A DNA stretch of 64,000 nucleotides from a virus: positions 1 to 64,000 of the IMG/VR virus record IMGVR_UViG_3300044614_002195; one strand, given 5' to 3'. A program made the position numbers and the translations under genes. This document shows, in pieces, positions 7,653-16,569 of the stretch (position 1 is its first letter; each line of letters opens with the position of its first letter). The notes beneath the pieces are model-generated. The model was not told where the DNA came from and made no database searches. It worked only from the letters and a program-made list of their open reading frames with translations.

Positions 7653-8351
7653 CTAGTGCAACAACTTTTTTAAAAAATCTAAAACCAATTGATGCTGTAT
7701 GCAATCCAGCCATCTGTTTTTGATTTTTGGTTGCACATAGAACCACCACTTTTGCGCTTCTGGGTGAGGACCTATAATGCCTACATTTCCTAGTCCGTTT
7801 TTCTGTATCAATGCGGCGGCGTCACCGTTTTGATATGTAGCTATAATGTCTCCTGATATTTTTCGGCTAAATAAAGATGGAACAAATGCTGTGCCGTCGT
7901 GGAAGTACATACTTTTTTCTTCATCATACCAGCTGACTGTTACAATCGCCCTTTTTTCATGCTTAATAGTAGAGTCTTTTCTTTTTACGTATTGCACTGC
8001 TCTTGTGTTTTTTGAAAGTAAATTAAAGTAGTTTCTGTCTGCAAAATAAGCACCCATACATATGCCGAGATAATTGCCGCCTTCGTGGATATATTCCTGC
8101 AGGTCTTTCTTGATGCTTTTTAAATTAGATTTTTTAAACTTAGATGCGTCACCTGTTCCTCCTGGAATAACCAAACAGTCTGCAGAATATAACAATTCAG
8201 CTGTAAGTTCTTTTTTAGGTAAACTGCTAGGGCCTACAAGCGTGGTAGTATATTCTCCTGATTTGTCCAATACATCCCTTAAACCGTCTGCACAGTCAAT
8301 ACTGCACATAGGGTTTTCAACATATATAAGTATGCTTTTCTTTTTGGACAT
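7653..8351 (-). CDS. Class I glutamine amidotransferase-like protein (BPL_N-like)
   Basis: LVIPGG, nucleophile elbow YLGICMGAY, and GPHPE (Cys-His-Glu triad present). Confidence 0.8.
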   Translation of the reverse strand: MSKKKSILIYVENPMCSIDCADGLRDVLDKSGEYTTTLVGPSSLPKKELTAELLYSADCLVIPGGTGDASKFKKSNLKSIKKDLQEYIHEGGNYLGICMGAYFADRNYFNLLSKNTRAVQYVKRKDSTIKHEKRAIVTVSWYDEEKSMYFHDGTAFVPSLFSRKISGDIIATYQNGDAAALIQKNGLGNVGIIGPHPEAQKWWFYVQPKIKNRWLDCIQHQLVLDFLKKLLH

Positions 8352-8426
8352 ACCTTACTATACACCAATATCCTCTCCAGGTAAAAAGAATATAATTATT
8401 GCGCTTTATGCAAATTGCATTAATTT

Positions 8427-8448
8427 TGGTATAATATTATGAAGGCTA
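8427..8448 (+). promoter_or_regulatory. Extended -10 promoter with conserved initial transcribed region, copy 2
   Basis: TGGTATAATATTATGAAGGCTA, identical to 6064..6085. Confidence 0.75.
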
Positions 8449-8473
8449 AATAGCTTTTAAATAAACCCACAAA

Positions 8474-8650
8474 ATGAAACCTCATTGGTATAAACCAAAG
8501 CCAGAACCGCTCTTGGCGCCAACTCCGCCAGGTGCTAGCAGAATGACTGCAGTGAAGATAATGACCTCTGCTCCTGATATAGAGAAAAGCTATAGAAATA
8601 TAGATATAAGAGGTCCGCTTAAACCTGCAAGGATCAGTAAGTCTAAATAA
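8474..8650 (+). CDS. Small basic early protein (58 aa, MKPHWYKPKPEPLL...)
   Basis: Manually translated; lies between promoter copy 2 and a strong terminator. Confidence 0.6.
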   Translation: MKPHWYKPKPEPLLAPTPPGASRMTAVKIMTSAPDIEKSYRNIDIRGPLKPARISKSK

Positions 8651-8654
8651 AATA

Positions 8655-8700
8655 TCCCGGCCCCTACAAGGGGCCGGGAATTTCTTTTTTTAGCTATTAG
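8655..8700 (+). terminator. Intrinsic, probably bidirectional, terminator with conserved tail T7-AGCTATTAG
   Basis: Perfect 10-bp stem TCCCGGCCCC-TACAA-GGGGCCGGGA, T run, AGCTATTAG; an A-rich upstream side could serve nrdA. Confidence 0.85.
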
Positions 8701-8706
8701 CTAACG

Positions 8707-10356
8707 CTACGACTGACAATTTTGGCAACTCATTATATTCCTGGCTAATTCTTGGGCCGGATTAGCGCTGCGCTGGTAATACAAGCTTTTTACACCCATC
8801 TCCCAGGCAAACAGAATTAGTTCATTAACATCTTTAGGTTTAGTGTCTGGAGGGATCATTAGGTTTAAACTCTGGGCTTGATCAATATACTTTTGACGTT
8901 GTCCTGCCTGGATGACAATCTCTTTTTGACTAATTTCTCCAAAAGTCTTAAACACATCTTTTTCTTCTTGAGACAAGAAATCTAGATGCTGCACACTTCC
9001 CCCTTTTACAAGGATACTCTTCCATGTCTCCTGATTATCTTTATCTTTGGTTTTCAGCAAGGCCTGCAAGTGGTTATTCTTGTATGTAAATTTTCCTTTG
9101 GCTAGATCTTTGACAAAATAGTTACTGTTCAAAGGTTCAATACTCGGAGAAACCTGACCAAGAATAAACGAGCTGCTGGTTGTAGGGGCGACTGCAAGGG
9201 TAGTGACGTTTCTTCTACCATACCCTTTCAGTATAGGTGCTTCGCCATATTTGTCTGCGAGGCTCATGGTAGCTTTGTCTGCCCTATCTCTGATAAGCTT
9301 CCATATCTCTACGTTTAAAAACTTAGCCTCCATAGACTCCCACGCAATCATTTTACTTTGGAGTAAAGAGTGCCATCCTAGTACTCCAACACCAAGCGCA
9401 CGCTGGTTTATAGCAAATCTTCTGGGAGCCTCCATATACTGCATGCCTTTTGTTTTATCTATAAACTCAGTCATTACAGCGTCCAGGAAATAGACCATTG
9501 TTTCTACCGCATCTGTATCTTTCCAATTGTCATAATTTTCAAGATTTAAAGAAGATAGGTTACATACGAAAGACTCATCTTCGCTATTTGACAAAGCTAT
9601 CTCGCTGCAAAGATTGCTATTTTTAATTTTAAGATTTCTATCCTTGTACACCTGAGGAGCCTGCGCGTTCATAGTGTCGATAAACACAATATACGGATAG
9701 CCTGTCTCAAACTTTTTCTTGATTGCAAGGCTCCATATTTTGCGCTTATCTTTATCGCCGTCACGCATAGCTTTAAGCCAAGCGTCTGTAACAGTAATTC
9801 CAAAGCTAAGATCTTGTATGCTGTTGCCTTCAGACTTAAGTTTTAAAAACTCTTCTATATCAGGATGCTCTATCGGAAGATATGCAGCAAAACTACCTCT
9901 ACGTACATTCCCTTGACTTACCACACTCATCAGTTTATCGAACAACTCCATAAAATGTACTGCACCTGTGCTTTCTCCTCCTGAACTGATACTTGCGCCT
10001 CTGCCTCTTACGTCTCCAAAATACGCACTCGTGCCTCCACCATGTTTGGTCATAATGGCTACTTCACTGGCCTTAGTCATGATGCCTTCCATAGTGTCAG
10101 GTACATAGCTTCCAAAGCAGCTGATGGGTAATCCGCGCTTTCTTCCAAAGTTGCTCCATACTGGAGAACTTAAAGAATAGAACCCGCGACTCATATAATC
10201 TTCAAACTTATCAGCAAAGCCAGTTATACCTAGCAGCTGCTCTGCAGAATCAGCAATATCTCGGATTCTATGCTCTGCTGTTTCGCCTTCTAGAAGGTAG
10301 CCGCGCTCTAAGAACTTTCTAGAGTCCTTGTTCAACCAATAGTATTTTTCAGTCAT
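8707..10356 (-). CDS. nrdA: Class I ribonucleotide reductase alpha subunit (short, no ATP cone)
   Basis: PISCF, SNLCSEI, CNLSSLN, APTTSSS, SPSIEP, QSLNL, KSLYY, and C-terminal CQNC redox pair. Confidence 0.97.
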   Translation of the reverse strand: MTEKYYWLNKDSRKFLERGYLLEGETAEHRIRDIADSAEQLLGITGFADKFEDYMSRGFYSLSSPVWSNFGRKRGLPISCFGSYVPDTMEGIMTKASEVAIMTKHGGGTSAYFGDVRGRGASISSGGESTGAVHFMELFDKLMSVVSQGNVRRGSFAAYLPIEHPDIEEFLKLKSEGNSIQDLSFGITVTDAWLKAMRDGDKDKRKIWSLAIKKKFETGYPYIVFIDTMNAQAPQVYKDRNLKIKNSNLCSEIALSNSEDESFVCNLSSLNLENYDNWKDTDAVETMVYFLDAVMTEFIDKTKGMQYMEAPRRFAINQRALGVGVLGWHSLLQSKMIAWESMEAKFLNVEIWKLIRDRADKATMSLADKYGEAPILKGYGRRNVTTLAVAPTTSSSFILGQVSPSIEPLNSNYFVKDLAKGKFTYKNNHLQALLKTKDKDNQETWKSILVKGGSVQHLDFLSQEEKDVFKTFGEISQKEIVIQAGQRQKYIDQAQSLNLMIPPDTKPKDVNELILFAWEMGVKSLYYQRSANPAQELARNIMSCQNCQS

Positions 10357-10359
10357 AAT

Positions 10360-11331
10360 TTAAAACAGGTCGTCTTCGCTAAATGATTGGTTTTTCTTGC
10401 TATACTCGACTGGGCGAGAGTGAAAGAAATCCGTCATGTTATTACCTAACAGTTCTTCTTCAAACCACAAGCTGTCTTTTAGAATTTCTTCGTTTACTTC
10501 AAAAGGTTTTGTAAACCCTATCTGCTGCATAGACTCGTTTATCCTGTTTTTAATAAACTCTTTCAGGATATTTGCGCTAAGTCCTTTCTCTTGTATACCG
10601 TTGACCATCCAGTCAATGATTTTGCTCTCAGATTCAAAAGCTGACTTTGCCTCGTCAACAATACGCTCTTCAAGTTCACTGTCAAATAGCTCAGGGTATT
10701 CTTCACGGATAGTATTCACTATCTTGATACCTACAAGAGCATGTATTGCCTCTTCATTCCTGGTGTACTTGACTTGCTGGTCAGTATCTTTAAGTACGTT
10801 CTTGAATCTAGCAAACCAGTTGATTACATAAAACTGACTGAATAGAGAGACGTTCTCTACGAACAAGGTAAACAAAATCAAAGCGTACAGATATTGCTTT
10901 TTGCTGTCCTTGTAAAACTTATGTGTGTACTTCCTGAGATACTTAACACGTCCTTGAATCCATTCTAACTTTAGATTCTCTTCAAAGACATCCTCAAGCC
11001 CAAGAACAGAGAGTAAACGCTCATAAGCGCTATTGTGTATAACTTCCACGTTAGCCATTACATAGCCTAGGTCTTGTAGGGACGGATGTGGAAGGTTATC
11101 TCCGAGCTTTGCCCAAAATGTTTTAACAGCTACCTCTATCTGCCCGATAGCTGAAAGGGTGCGGACAATAATCTCTCTTTCTTTATCTGAAAGATTTACT
11201 TTGAACTGCTGAATATCTGATTTAAAAGAAAACTCTTTATCCGTCCAGAAGCCGTTATGCATGGCTTCTATAAAAGACTCAGTCCAAGGATATTTGTTTG
11301 GTTTTCTGGAAATTTGTTCTTCAAATATCAT
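10360..11331 (-). CDS. nrdB: Class I ribonucleotide reductase beta subunit
   Basis: Metal ligands and radical Tyr: QIEV, EVIHNSAY, ENVSLFSQF, NEEAIH; C-terminal DFF..RPVEY. Confidence 0.96.
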   Translation of the reverse strand: MIFEEQISRKPNKYPWTESFIEAMHNGFWTDKEFSFKSDIQQFKVNLSDKEREIIVRTLSAIGQIEVAVKTFWAKLGDNLPHPSLQDLGYVMANVEVIHNSAYERLLSVLGLEDVFEENLKLEWIQGRVKYLRKYTHKFYKDSKKQYLYALILFTLFVENVSLFSQFYVINWFARFKNVLKDTDQQVKYTRNEEAIHALVGIKIVNTIREEYPELFDSELEERIVDEAKSAFESESKIIDWMVNGIQEKGLSANILKEFIKNRINESMQQIGFTKPFEVNEEILKDSLWFEEELLGNNMTDFFHSRPVEYSKKNQSFSEDDLF

Positions 11332-11434
11332 ATACTTTTTTGGTTAAGGGTTAATAAGCTATACTACCAAAAACAATGGTATTATGAGAGCGAATTAACA
11401 TCGCTCAACGCAGATTTATAGCTTGCCTTTTGTA

Positions 11435-12100
11435 CTACCCTACAAGCGTAATTCCATTAGAAGAAATTTTATCTAGGCACCAAGAGGAAAGGGGCAAACT
11501 TCTAGAGTCTCTGTTTAAATTTGCGCACGAAACTACACTGGAGGAGCAAACAGAATCCTCATTAAAACTTGTAGTGTTTTTACTCATGGTAAGACTCATA
11601 TCGTTACGTGTACAGATATCTTTGATAAGCTCTACTGTGGCGTCTATTTGAGCTTCCTCGAAATCAGCCCAGTGTTCATACCCCTTAAATTTCATTTCAA
11701 ATACTTTACCCTGGTACATATTGTAAGGTTTGTTAAAACCAAAAGCATAGTATTTATTATTTTCTTTTTCTAAATAAGACTCGTTAGCCAAGAAAATTGC
11801 GATGGTACTTTTATTGAAATCAGCAAATTTCCTTCCTGCTCCTACATGATTGGACCAGAGTTCTTCTTCAAAGCATTTATATATAGTGCCGTCTCGGCCT
11901 ACTACATAGTGCCCTGCACGTTTATCTGCCATAATGTTCCAGTTTTTCATTAAATAAGTTTCATCTTTTTGATCTGCAGTAAAAGTGTACTTTGTTCTTG
12001 AGAAAGAACTATGCAAAACGATGTTTGTCTTTTTTGTAATCCCTGGCACGTAGGCCTTTACACTCAAAGGATAATTATTGATTTTTTCTAAGTATTTCAT
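11435..12100 (-). CDS. Amidase_2/PGRP-fold protein, possibly with an altered active site
   Basis: IVLHSS...AGHYVVGRDGTIY...WSNHVG...NKSTIAI pattern; the usual later Glu, His and Cys/Asp residues are not evident. Confidence 0.75.
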   Translation of the reverse strand: MKYLEKINNYPLSVKAYVPGITKKTNIVLHSSFSRTKYTFTADQKDETYLMKNWNIMADKRAGHYVVGRDGTIYKCFEEELWSNHVGAGRKFADFNKSTIAIFLANESYLEKENNKYYAFGFNKPYNMYQGKVFEMKFKGYEHWADFEEAQIDATVELIKDICTRNDMSLTMSKNTTSFNEDSVCSSSVVSCANLNRDSRSLPLSSWCLDKISSNGITLVG

Positions 12101-12521
12101 CTGATAATGTTAGTTGGCGTATGACTATTTTAAGACTAGCTGCTCTGGTTAAGGATGAGCAATCTTTATCGTATATTTGATCATATATAACTTCCTTCAC
12201 ACCATACTCATCAATCATGTCCAGACATTTACGACATGGCAACATGGTCACATAAAGATAGTGCACTTCACCAGGCTGGGTATATTTAAGGCAGTTGTAT
12301 TCTGCATGCAAGACTAAAGGTCTTCTAGCATCTCTGTCAGACCAATCTATTTCCAGACCAGGTAAAGCGCCGTTGTAGCCTGTAGCTACGGTAGAGTGGT
12401 CAGATCTAAAGGCAGCTGCTCCTACTATAACATACGGATCTGGCGATCTTTGTGCGGCAGTGTGCGCCAATAGCATGCCGTACTCATCCCAAGTTGGGCG
12501 TTTTCTTTCTGTCGTATTCAT
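12075..12521 (-). CDS. dCMP deaminase family protein
   Basis: RSPD..VIVGAA, ATGYNG, HAEYN, and PCRKC zinc motif. Confidence 0.92.
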   Translation of the reverse strand: MNTTERKRPTWDEYGMLLAHTAAQRSPDPYVIVGAAAFRSDHSTVATGYNGALPGLEIDWSDRDARRPLVLHAEYNCLKYTQPGEVHYLYVTMLPCRKCLDMIDEYGVKEVIYDQIYDKDCSSLTRAASLKIVIRQLTLSDEILRKNQ

Positions 12522-12527
12522 GAAGAG

Positions 12528-12740
12528 TTAAGCTAGCACGTCAAAAGCTTCTCTGCAAAGTCTTTTTAACATACCCTCTACTTCTTCATCCTTAAGCCTT
12601 TCAAAGTTTTTATAGGCAACCCGCTCACCGTCAAACGTAGACTTTAAAACACAAGAACCATCGTAAACGATTGTTATCTCATCTGTATCCGTGTTATAAT
12701 CAAATTCAAAAGTCATCTGTTCTTGTTGTATTTTTAGCAA
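12528..12740 (-). CDS. Small hypothetical protein
   Basis: 70-aa track ORF with TTG start; an internal ATG (MTFEF) may be the true start. Confidence 0.55.
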   Translation of the reverse strand: MLKIQQEQMTFEFDYNTDTDEITIVYDGSCVLKSTFDGERVAYKNFERLKDEEVEGMLKRLCREAFDVLA

Positions 12741-12754
12741 CTAATCACTAATAT
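12726..12754 (+). promoter_or_regulatory. Sigma70-type promoter for the RNAP beta middle fragment
   Basis: TTGTAT-N17-TAATAT, 7 nt before ATG 12762. Confidence 0.65.
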
Positions 12755-12761
12755 AACTAAT

Positions 12762-13454
12762 ATGGCTACTACAAAACAAGAAAAAATAAATAAGCTTAAA
12801 GAATATTTTAAAAACATGAAGTTAGACGCGTCCGTCATGGGTAGAACCCTAGGAAGTCCGACTACTTTTGTAACTCCGCAAATAATGCTAGATGCGTCGG
12901 CTAAACTTTTAAAAATATATGGTCGACAGGCAGATCCAGACGATAGAGACAATCTTGTTTTCTCAAAGTTTATGGGTCCTGAGGACCATGTGAAAGAGCA
13001 TATTGAACATGATGCAGGAAAAATTCAATTTAAAGCTAAAAGCAAACTAAGACAAAAAAGAAACCTCTCCTGGCTACATGCAGGGTTCTTTTCTCCTCAA
13101 GTAAAGTCTGTTTTTGTGGGAAATGCACTGAGTCAGAATATTGAGGGAGTAAATCCTATGGAGCAATATATGCTGGCTCACAAGGTCACTAAGATGGGTG
13201 AAGGCGGGATAGGTTCTACGCAAGCAATCCCAGAAACTTCTCGCGAGGTTAACGAATCACAGTTTGGGCTTCTTGACCCTATCCAGACAGTAGAAGCAAA
13301 CACCATCGGGGTAGTAAATTTTTTCGTTAACAACACGAGGAAAGGCGCTGACGGAAAGCTTTATCGCCAGGTAATTGACAATGCTACAAATAAGCCTGTA
13401 TGGATTGATCATCAAGAGTTCCTTTCTTCTACGATTGAGATTCCTGAGTATTAG
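12762..13454 (+). CDS. rpoB: RNA polymerase beta subunit, middle fragment (fork/rifampicin-pocket region)
   Basis: DDRDNLVFSKF; SQNIEGVNPMEQYMLAHKVTKMGEGG; REVNESQFGLLDPIQTVEANTIG align by eye to [20 protein letters not shown]...[10 protein letters not shown] and [23 protein letters not shown]. Confidence 0.88.
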   Translation: MATTKQEKINKLKEYFKNMKLDASVMGRTLGSPTTFVTPQIMLDASAKLLKIYGRQADPDDRDNLVFSKFMGPEDHVKEHIEHDAGKIQFKAKSKLRQKRNLSWLHAGFFSPQVKSVFVGNALSQNIEGVNPMEQYMLAHKVTKMGEGGIGSTQAIPETSREVNESQFGLLDPIQTVEANTIGVVNFFVNNTRKGADGKLYRQVIDNATNKPVWIDHQEFLSSTIEIPEY

Positions 13455-13884
13455 AGGCAGACCATTTTTGCGTCGGGCATTGTTCGTTTGCTAGCCAAGG
13501 CTTTATATTACTCTCACCAGATAGCACGCAGTGACCTATGTTGGGAGATCTCTCATGACTATCCCAGAACGAGCAACCTTTACAGGCAGTAATGCGACTC
13601 AAGCAATCTTCTTTTTTAACTACAGGGAAGCCTAATATTGCCCAACGGAAAACTGACAGCTCGTAGTTATTTTTTAATGAGTTTAATGAAACTATATCTG
13701 TAGCTGCAGGAGTAGAAACATTGCTAGCTTCTAAAACCTCTAATAGTTTTTCTCTAGATACACTGAGTTCGGTCCTCTGTTCGTTCCACTCACCGTTTTT
13801 TTCAATCTCATTAACAGTGTTTGATGCAGTTTTTGAATAGTTTTGCAAGTCTTTCGAGGTGAATACAATTTTTTCGTTTTGCAT
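13429..13884 (-). CDS. Protein with C-terminal DUF6171-like Cys motif
   Basis: RITACKGC...GHC...CPTQKW. Confidence 0.65.
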   Translation of the reverse strand: MQNEKIVFTSKDLQNYSKTASNTVNEIEKNGEWNEQRTELSVSREKLLEVLEASNVSTPAATDIVSLNSLKNNYELSVFRWAILGFPVVKKEDCLSRITACKGCSFWDSHERSPNIGHCVLSGESNIKPWLANEQCPTQKWSASNTQESQS

Positions 13885-13903
13885 AATTTAAAGTCTGTAG
13901 TGT

Positions 13904-14785
13904 TTAAGAAAAAACTAAAAGTTCTTCTTCTTCTTGATAATAGTCTGTAATCCGAGTATTTAATTTTTTAATCTCTTCTTCAAGAATTTGTCTCACAGTA
14001 GGCATGTTTTCATGAATTAAAACTAAAAAATTAGAGTATTGGTTATTTAAATATTCTAAGTTATTAGGAGTTTTAAAATGTTCTATGTTTTCTATGGTTA
14101 GAGTTAAATCAGGTATGTTTCTTAGTTTATTAATAACTAGTAAATCTTTAAATTTAAGAGCAACTACGCAAAAATTAACAATGTCTTCTTCTGTTGTCTC
14201 ATACTGTTCTTTCACCGCATCCTCTTCCCGCCATTTACCTACAGGACATTTTTCATTAGCTATGTTTAATTTATACTTGATGGAGCACCCGCATTTCAAG
14301 CACTGACCTGTACCTGCGAAGGCTTCAATTTTAAAATATTCGCAACCTTTACACAGTTCTAACCTTTTTTGATACTCATTTTCATTTGTGCTGCGTGCTT
14401 GATTTACAGGTATTTTTTTTAACTTTGCCTTTAAATTTTTTACTGTATTGTATATAGCTACTGAGTCATCCTTATCGGGGTCTGGTAAAAATCCTGAGAA
14501 AGGTGCCTGCTTTGGTTGTATAGATTTTTTTTGCTCTACATTTTTTAAAAAGCCTGCCCACGAAGAAGCTAATAAATCTTTTACTTTAGGATCTTCATCT
14601 AATCTTTTTTTCCAATAGCTAAATAAAGCATTTTCTTTTCTCCTATGCATTCTGTGAAATGCTCCATCTAGCAGGTATAAATCTCTTTTATCTGCACGTT
14701 CTTTAATAGTCATGGCGTACATGACTATTTCTAGTTTTTCATATTCTGACAATTTGTTTAATTCTTCTAAAGTAAAATTGTACAT
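13904..14785 (-). CDS. Protein with central DUF6171-like Cys motif
   Basis: RLELCKGC...QCLKCGC..KYK...KCPVGKW; start reassigned to ATG 14785 (MYNFTLEEL). Confidence 0.7.
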   Translation of the reverse strand: MYNFTLEELNKLSEYEKLEIVMYAMTIKERADKRDLYLLDGAFHRMHRRKENALFSYWKKRLDEDPKVKDLLASSWAGFLKNVEQKKSIQPKQAPFSGFLPDPDKDDSVAIYNTVKNLKAKLKKIPVNQARSTNENEYQKRLELCKGCEYFKIEAFAGTGQCLKCGCSIKYKLNIANEKCPVGKWREEDAVKEQYETTEEDIVNFCVVALKFKDLLVINKLRNIPDLTLTIENIEHFKTPNNLEYLNNQYSNFLVLIHENMPTVRQILEEEIKKLNTRITDYYQEEEELLVFS

Positions 14786-14799
14786 ATATAGCTTAATTT

Positions 14800-15021
14800 T
14801 TAATCGTCGTTGCAAGGTGTGTAGACGCAAGAGCAATTTGGACCATTCGGACTATAATCTCCAGGACAGCAGCAGCATTTTGCTCCACTTTTACAATTAC
14901 CGCATGCACAGCCAGTTTCTCCTCCGCAACATTCAGTGGCGGCAGCTGTACCGCACTCACATCCTTTTAATCCACCTCCAGTACAATTACACTCACAGTT
15001 AGATCCTTCGCCTCCCAGCAT
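14800..15021 (-). CDS. Small Cys-rich, metallothionein-like protein (17 Cys in 73 aa)
   Basis: CxCxC, CxC, CC and CCCC clusters; fits the operon spacing between its neighbours. Confidence 0.7.
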   Translation of the reverse strand: MLGGEGSNCECNCTGGGLKGCECGTAAATECCGGETGCACGNCKSGAKCCCCPGDYSPNGPNCSCVYTPCNDD

Positions 15022-15039
15022 AATTAAATAATTTGTATA

Positions 15040-16569
15040 TTAACCTATGTCTATTCCTGCTCCCGTCCATTCTGGGGAGTTACCGACGATTAACTCACCA
15101 TCTAGACCACTGCTGCCTCCGCTGCTACCGCAACCACTTTCTAAAGTTACATTACTTACATAAGTAAAACTGCTTGTACTTGTACCTCCAGAGCAGTATT
15201 GCATAGACTCTGTGTCTACTTGGAGAGTAAGTCCATCTGCTACGCATCCAATATAGTCGTATATTGCCTGTATTGTGCCATCTAACGACGACCATCCTGC
15301 ATTTACACTAGCTTTCAGCTGAGAAAGGTGTCCTGCAGCTTGAGCTATCCATTGGTAGATGTTCTCAAACGCCGGCTTTAAACTAGCTATTGATCGCTCT
15401 GCGGATTGAAGAGACGACCAGAGATTTTCGCTGTCTTTCCATAGTGAATCGACGTTGTCTAAAGCCCTGACTGCGTCCCAGGAGGCATCTTCGGCGACTG
15501 CTTGAGCTTGAGCTGCCGCAGTGGCCGATGCTGATGCTTCCGCCTTAGCCTCTGCTGCTGCACTAGCCGCTGCTCTTGCTTCTGCATAAGCGTCAGCTGC
15601 TGCACTGGCCGCTGCAAATGCTTCTGCATAAGCATCAGCCGCTGCCTGTGCTGCGGCGTTAATGGCTGCCCATACGTCCGCAAATGCCGACGCGGAAGCC
15701 TCCGCCCATGCGGAGGCAGAGGCGCTTGCATTGCTTCCTGGACACGTAGACGTGGCCTTGCAATTCCAGCAACCGTTCCCTGTGCTTGCGCCTGGGATAT
15801 AACTGTCAGTTTCACTTGCGTGCGCTGCGTCCCATGCTGCGGCTGCGGCGGGATCAGATGGACGTTGGTTGCCAAAGCGGTCAGTTCCCATTACGTATTT
15901 GCATCCCCCTCCTCCGCCTCCGCCGGAATTACATGAACTGCAATCCAATACCGCGCCATCTTTTCCGTCTACCCCATCCTTGCCGTCCTTGCCGTCTTCG
16001 CCGTCTTTTCCATCTTTACCATCGACCCCGTTTGCGCCTGCGAGTCCTTGAGGCCCCTCTGCGCCATCTACTCCATCTCTCCCAATACCGTCTACTCCAT
16101 CTCTCCCATCAATGCCATCTCTCCCATTAACTCCGTCTATACCATCTTTTCCGTTTATACCGTCTACCCCGTTTGCTCCATTGATTCCACTGACGCATGG
16201 AACATATCCAGACAGGGTTAAACTGCAGGTGTTATCTCCAGTCATTCCGTTGTAGCGTAGAGATAAATTGCCTCCACAAACACTGACAGCATTATATATA
16301 GCTAATCTTTCGCAAGCTTTCGGTATTATTTGAGGAATATCTATCGTGGGAGGTAAAGGTATAATATCAGGGAAATTATACGTGCAACCTACGTCAAGTG
16401 GAACCAGAGGTATAGGCGTAACCGGCGGAATTACGCTTGGAGGAAGAGGACAGTCAGGCTTTTGCTCTTCTGGAGACGTGGGGAGATAGCTTACAAAAAA
16501 CTTTTGATCCCAATCTCCTTCAGGAGGTTTACCTAAATGCAAACTGTTGAGATCAATTTTATTGGGCAT
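15040..16569 (-). CDS. Collagen-like and coiled-coil fibre protein with Cys-rich ends
   Basis: About 27 G-X-Y triplets (GIDGKDG...), an Ala-rich segment with a 14-aa duplication (AAADAYAEAxAAAS), a heptad region, and scattered Cys. Confidence 0.8.
   Translation of the reverse strand: MPNKIDLNSLHLGKPPEGDWDQKFFVSYLPTSPEEQKPDCPLPPSVIPPVTPIPLVPLDVGCTYNFPDIIPLPPTIDIPQIIPKACERLAIYNAVSVCGGNLSLRYNGMTGDNTCSLTLSGYVPCVSGINGANGVDGINGKDGIDGVNGRDGIDGRDGVDGIGRDGVDGAEGPQGLAGANGVDGKDGKDGEDGKDGKDGVDGKDGAVLDCSSCNSGGGGGGGCKYVMGTDRFGNQRPSDPAAAAAWDAAHASETDSYIPGASTGNGCWNCKATSTCPGSNASASASAWAEASASAFADVWAAINAAAQAAADAYAEAFAAASAAADAYAEARAAASAAAEAKAEASASATAAAQAQAVAEDASWDAVRALDNVDSLWKDSENLWSSLQSAERSIASLKPAFENIYQWIAQAAGHLSQLKASVNAGWSSLDGTIQAIYDYIGCVADGLTLQVDTESMQYCSGGTSTSSFTYVSNVTLESGCGSSGGSSGLDGELIVGNSPEWTGAGIDIG

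Noticed and set aside
8707-11331. Unusual ribonucleotide reductase (intein, intron or metal-free class Ie)
   Set aside because: Both genes are uninterrupted and of normal short length, and the beta subunit keeps its carboxylate/His ligands and radical Tyr.
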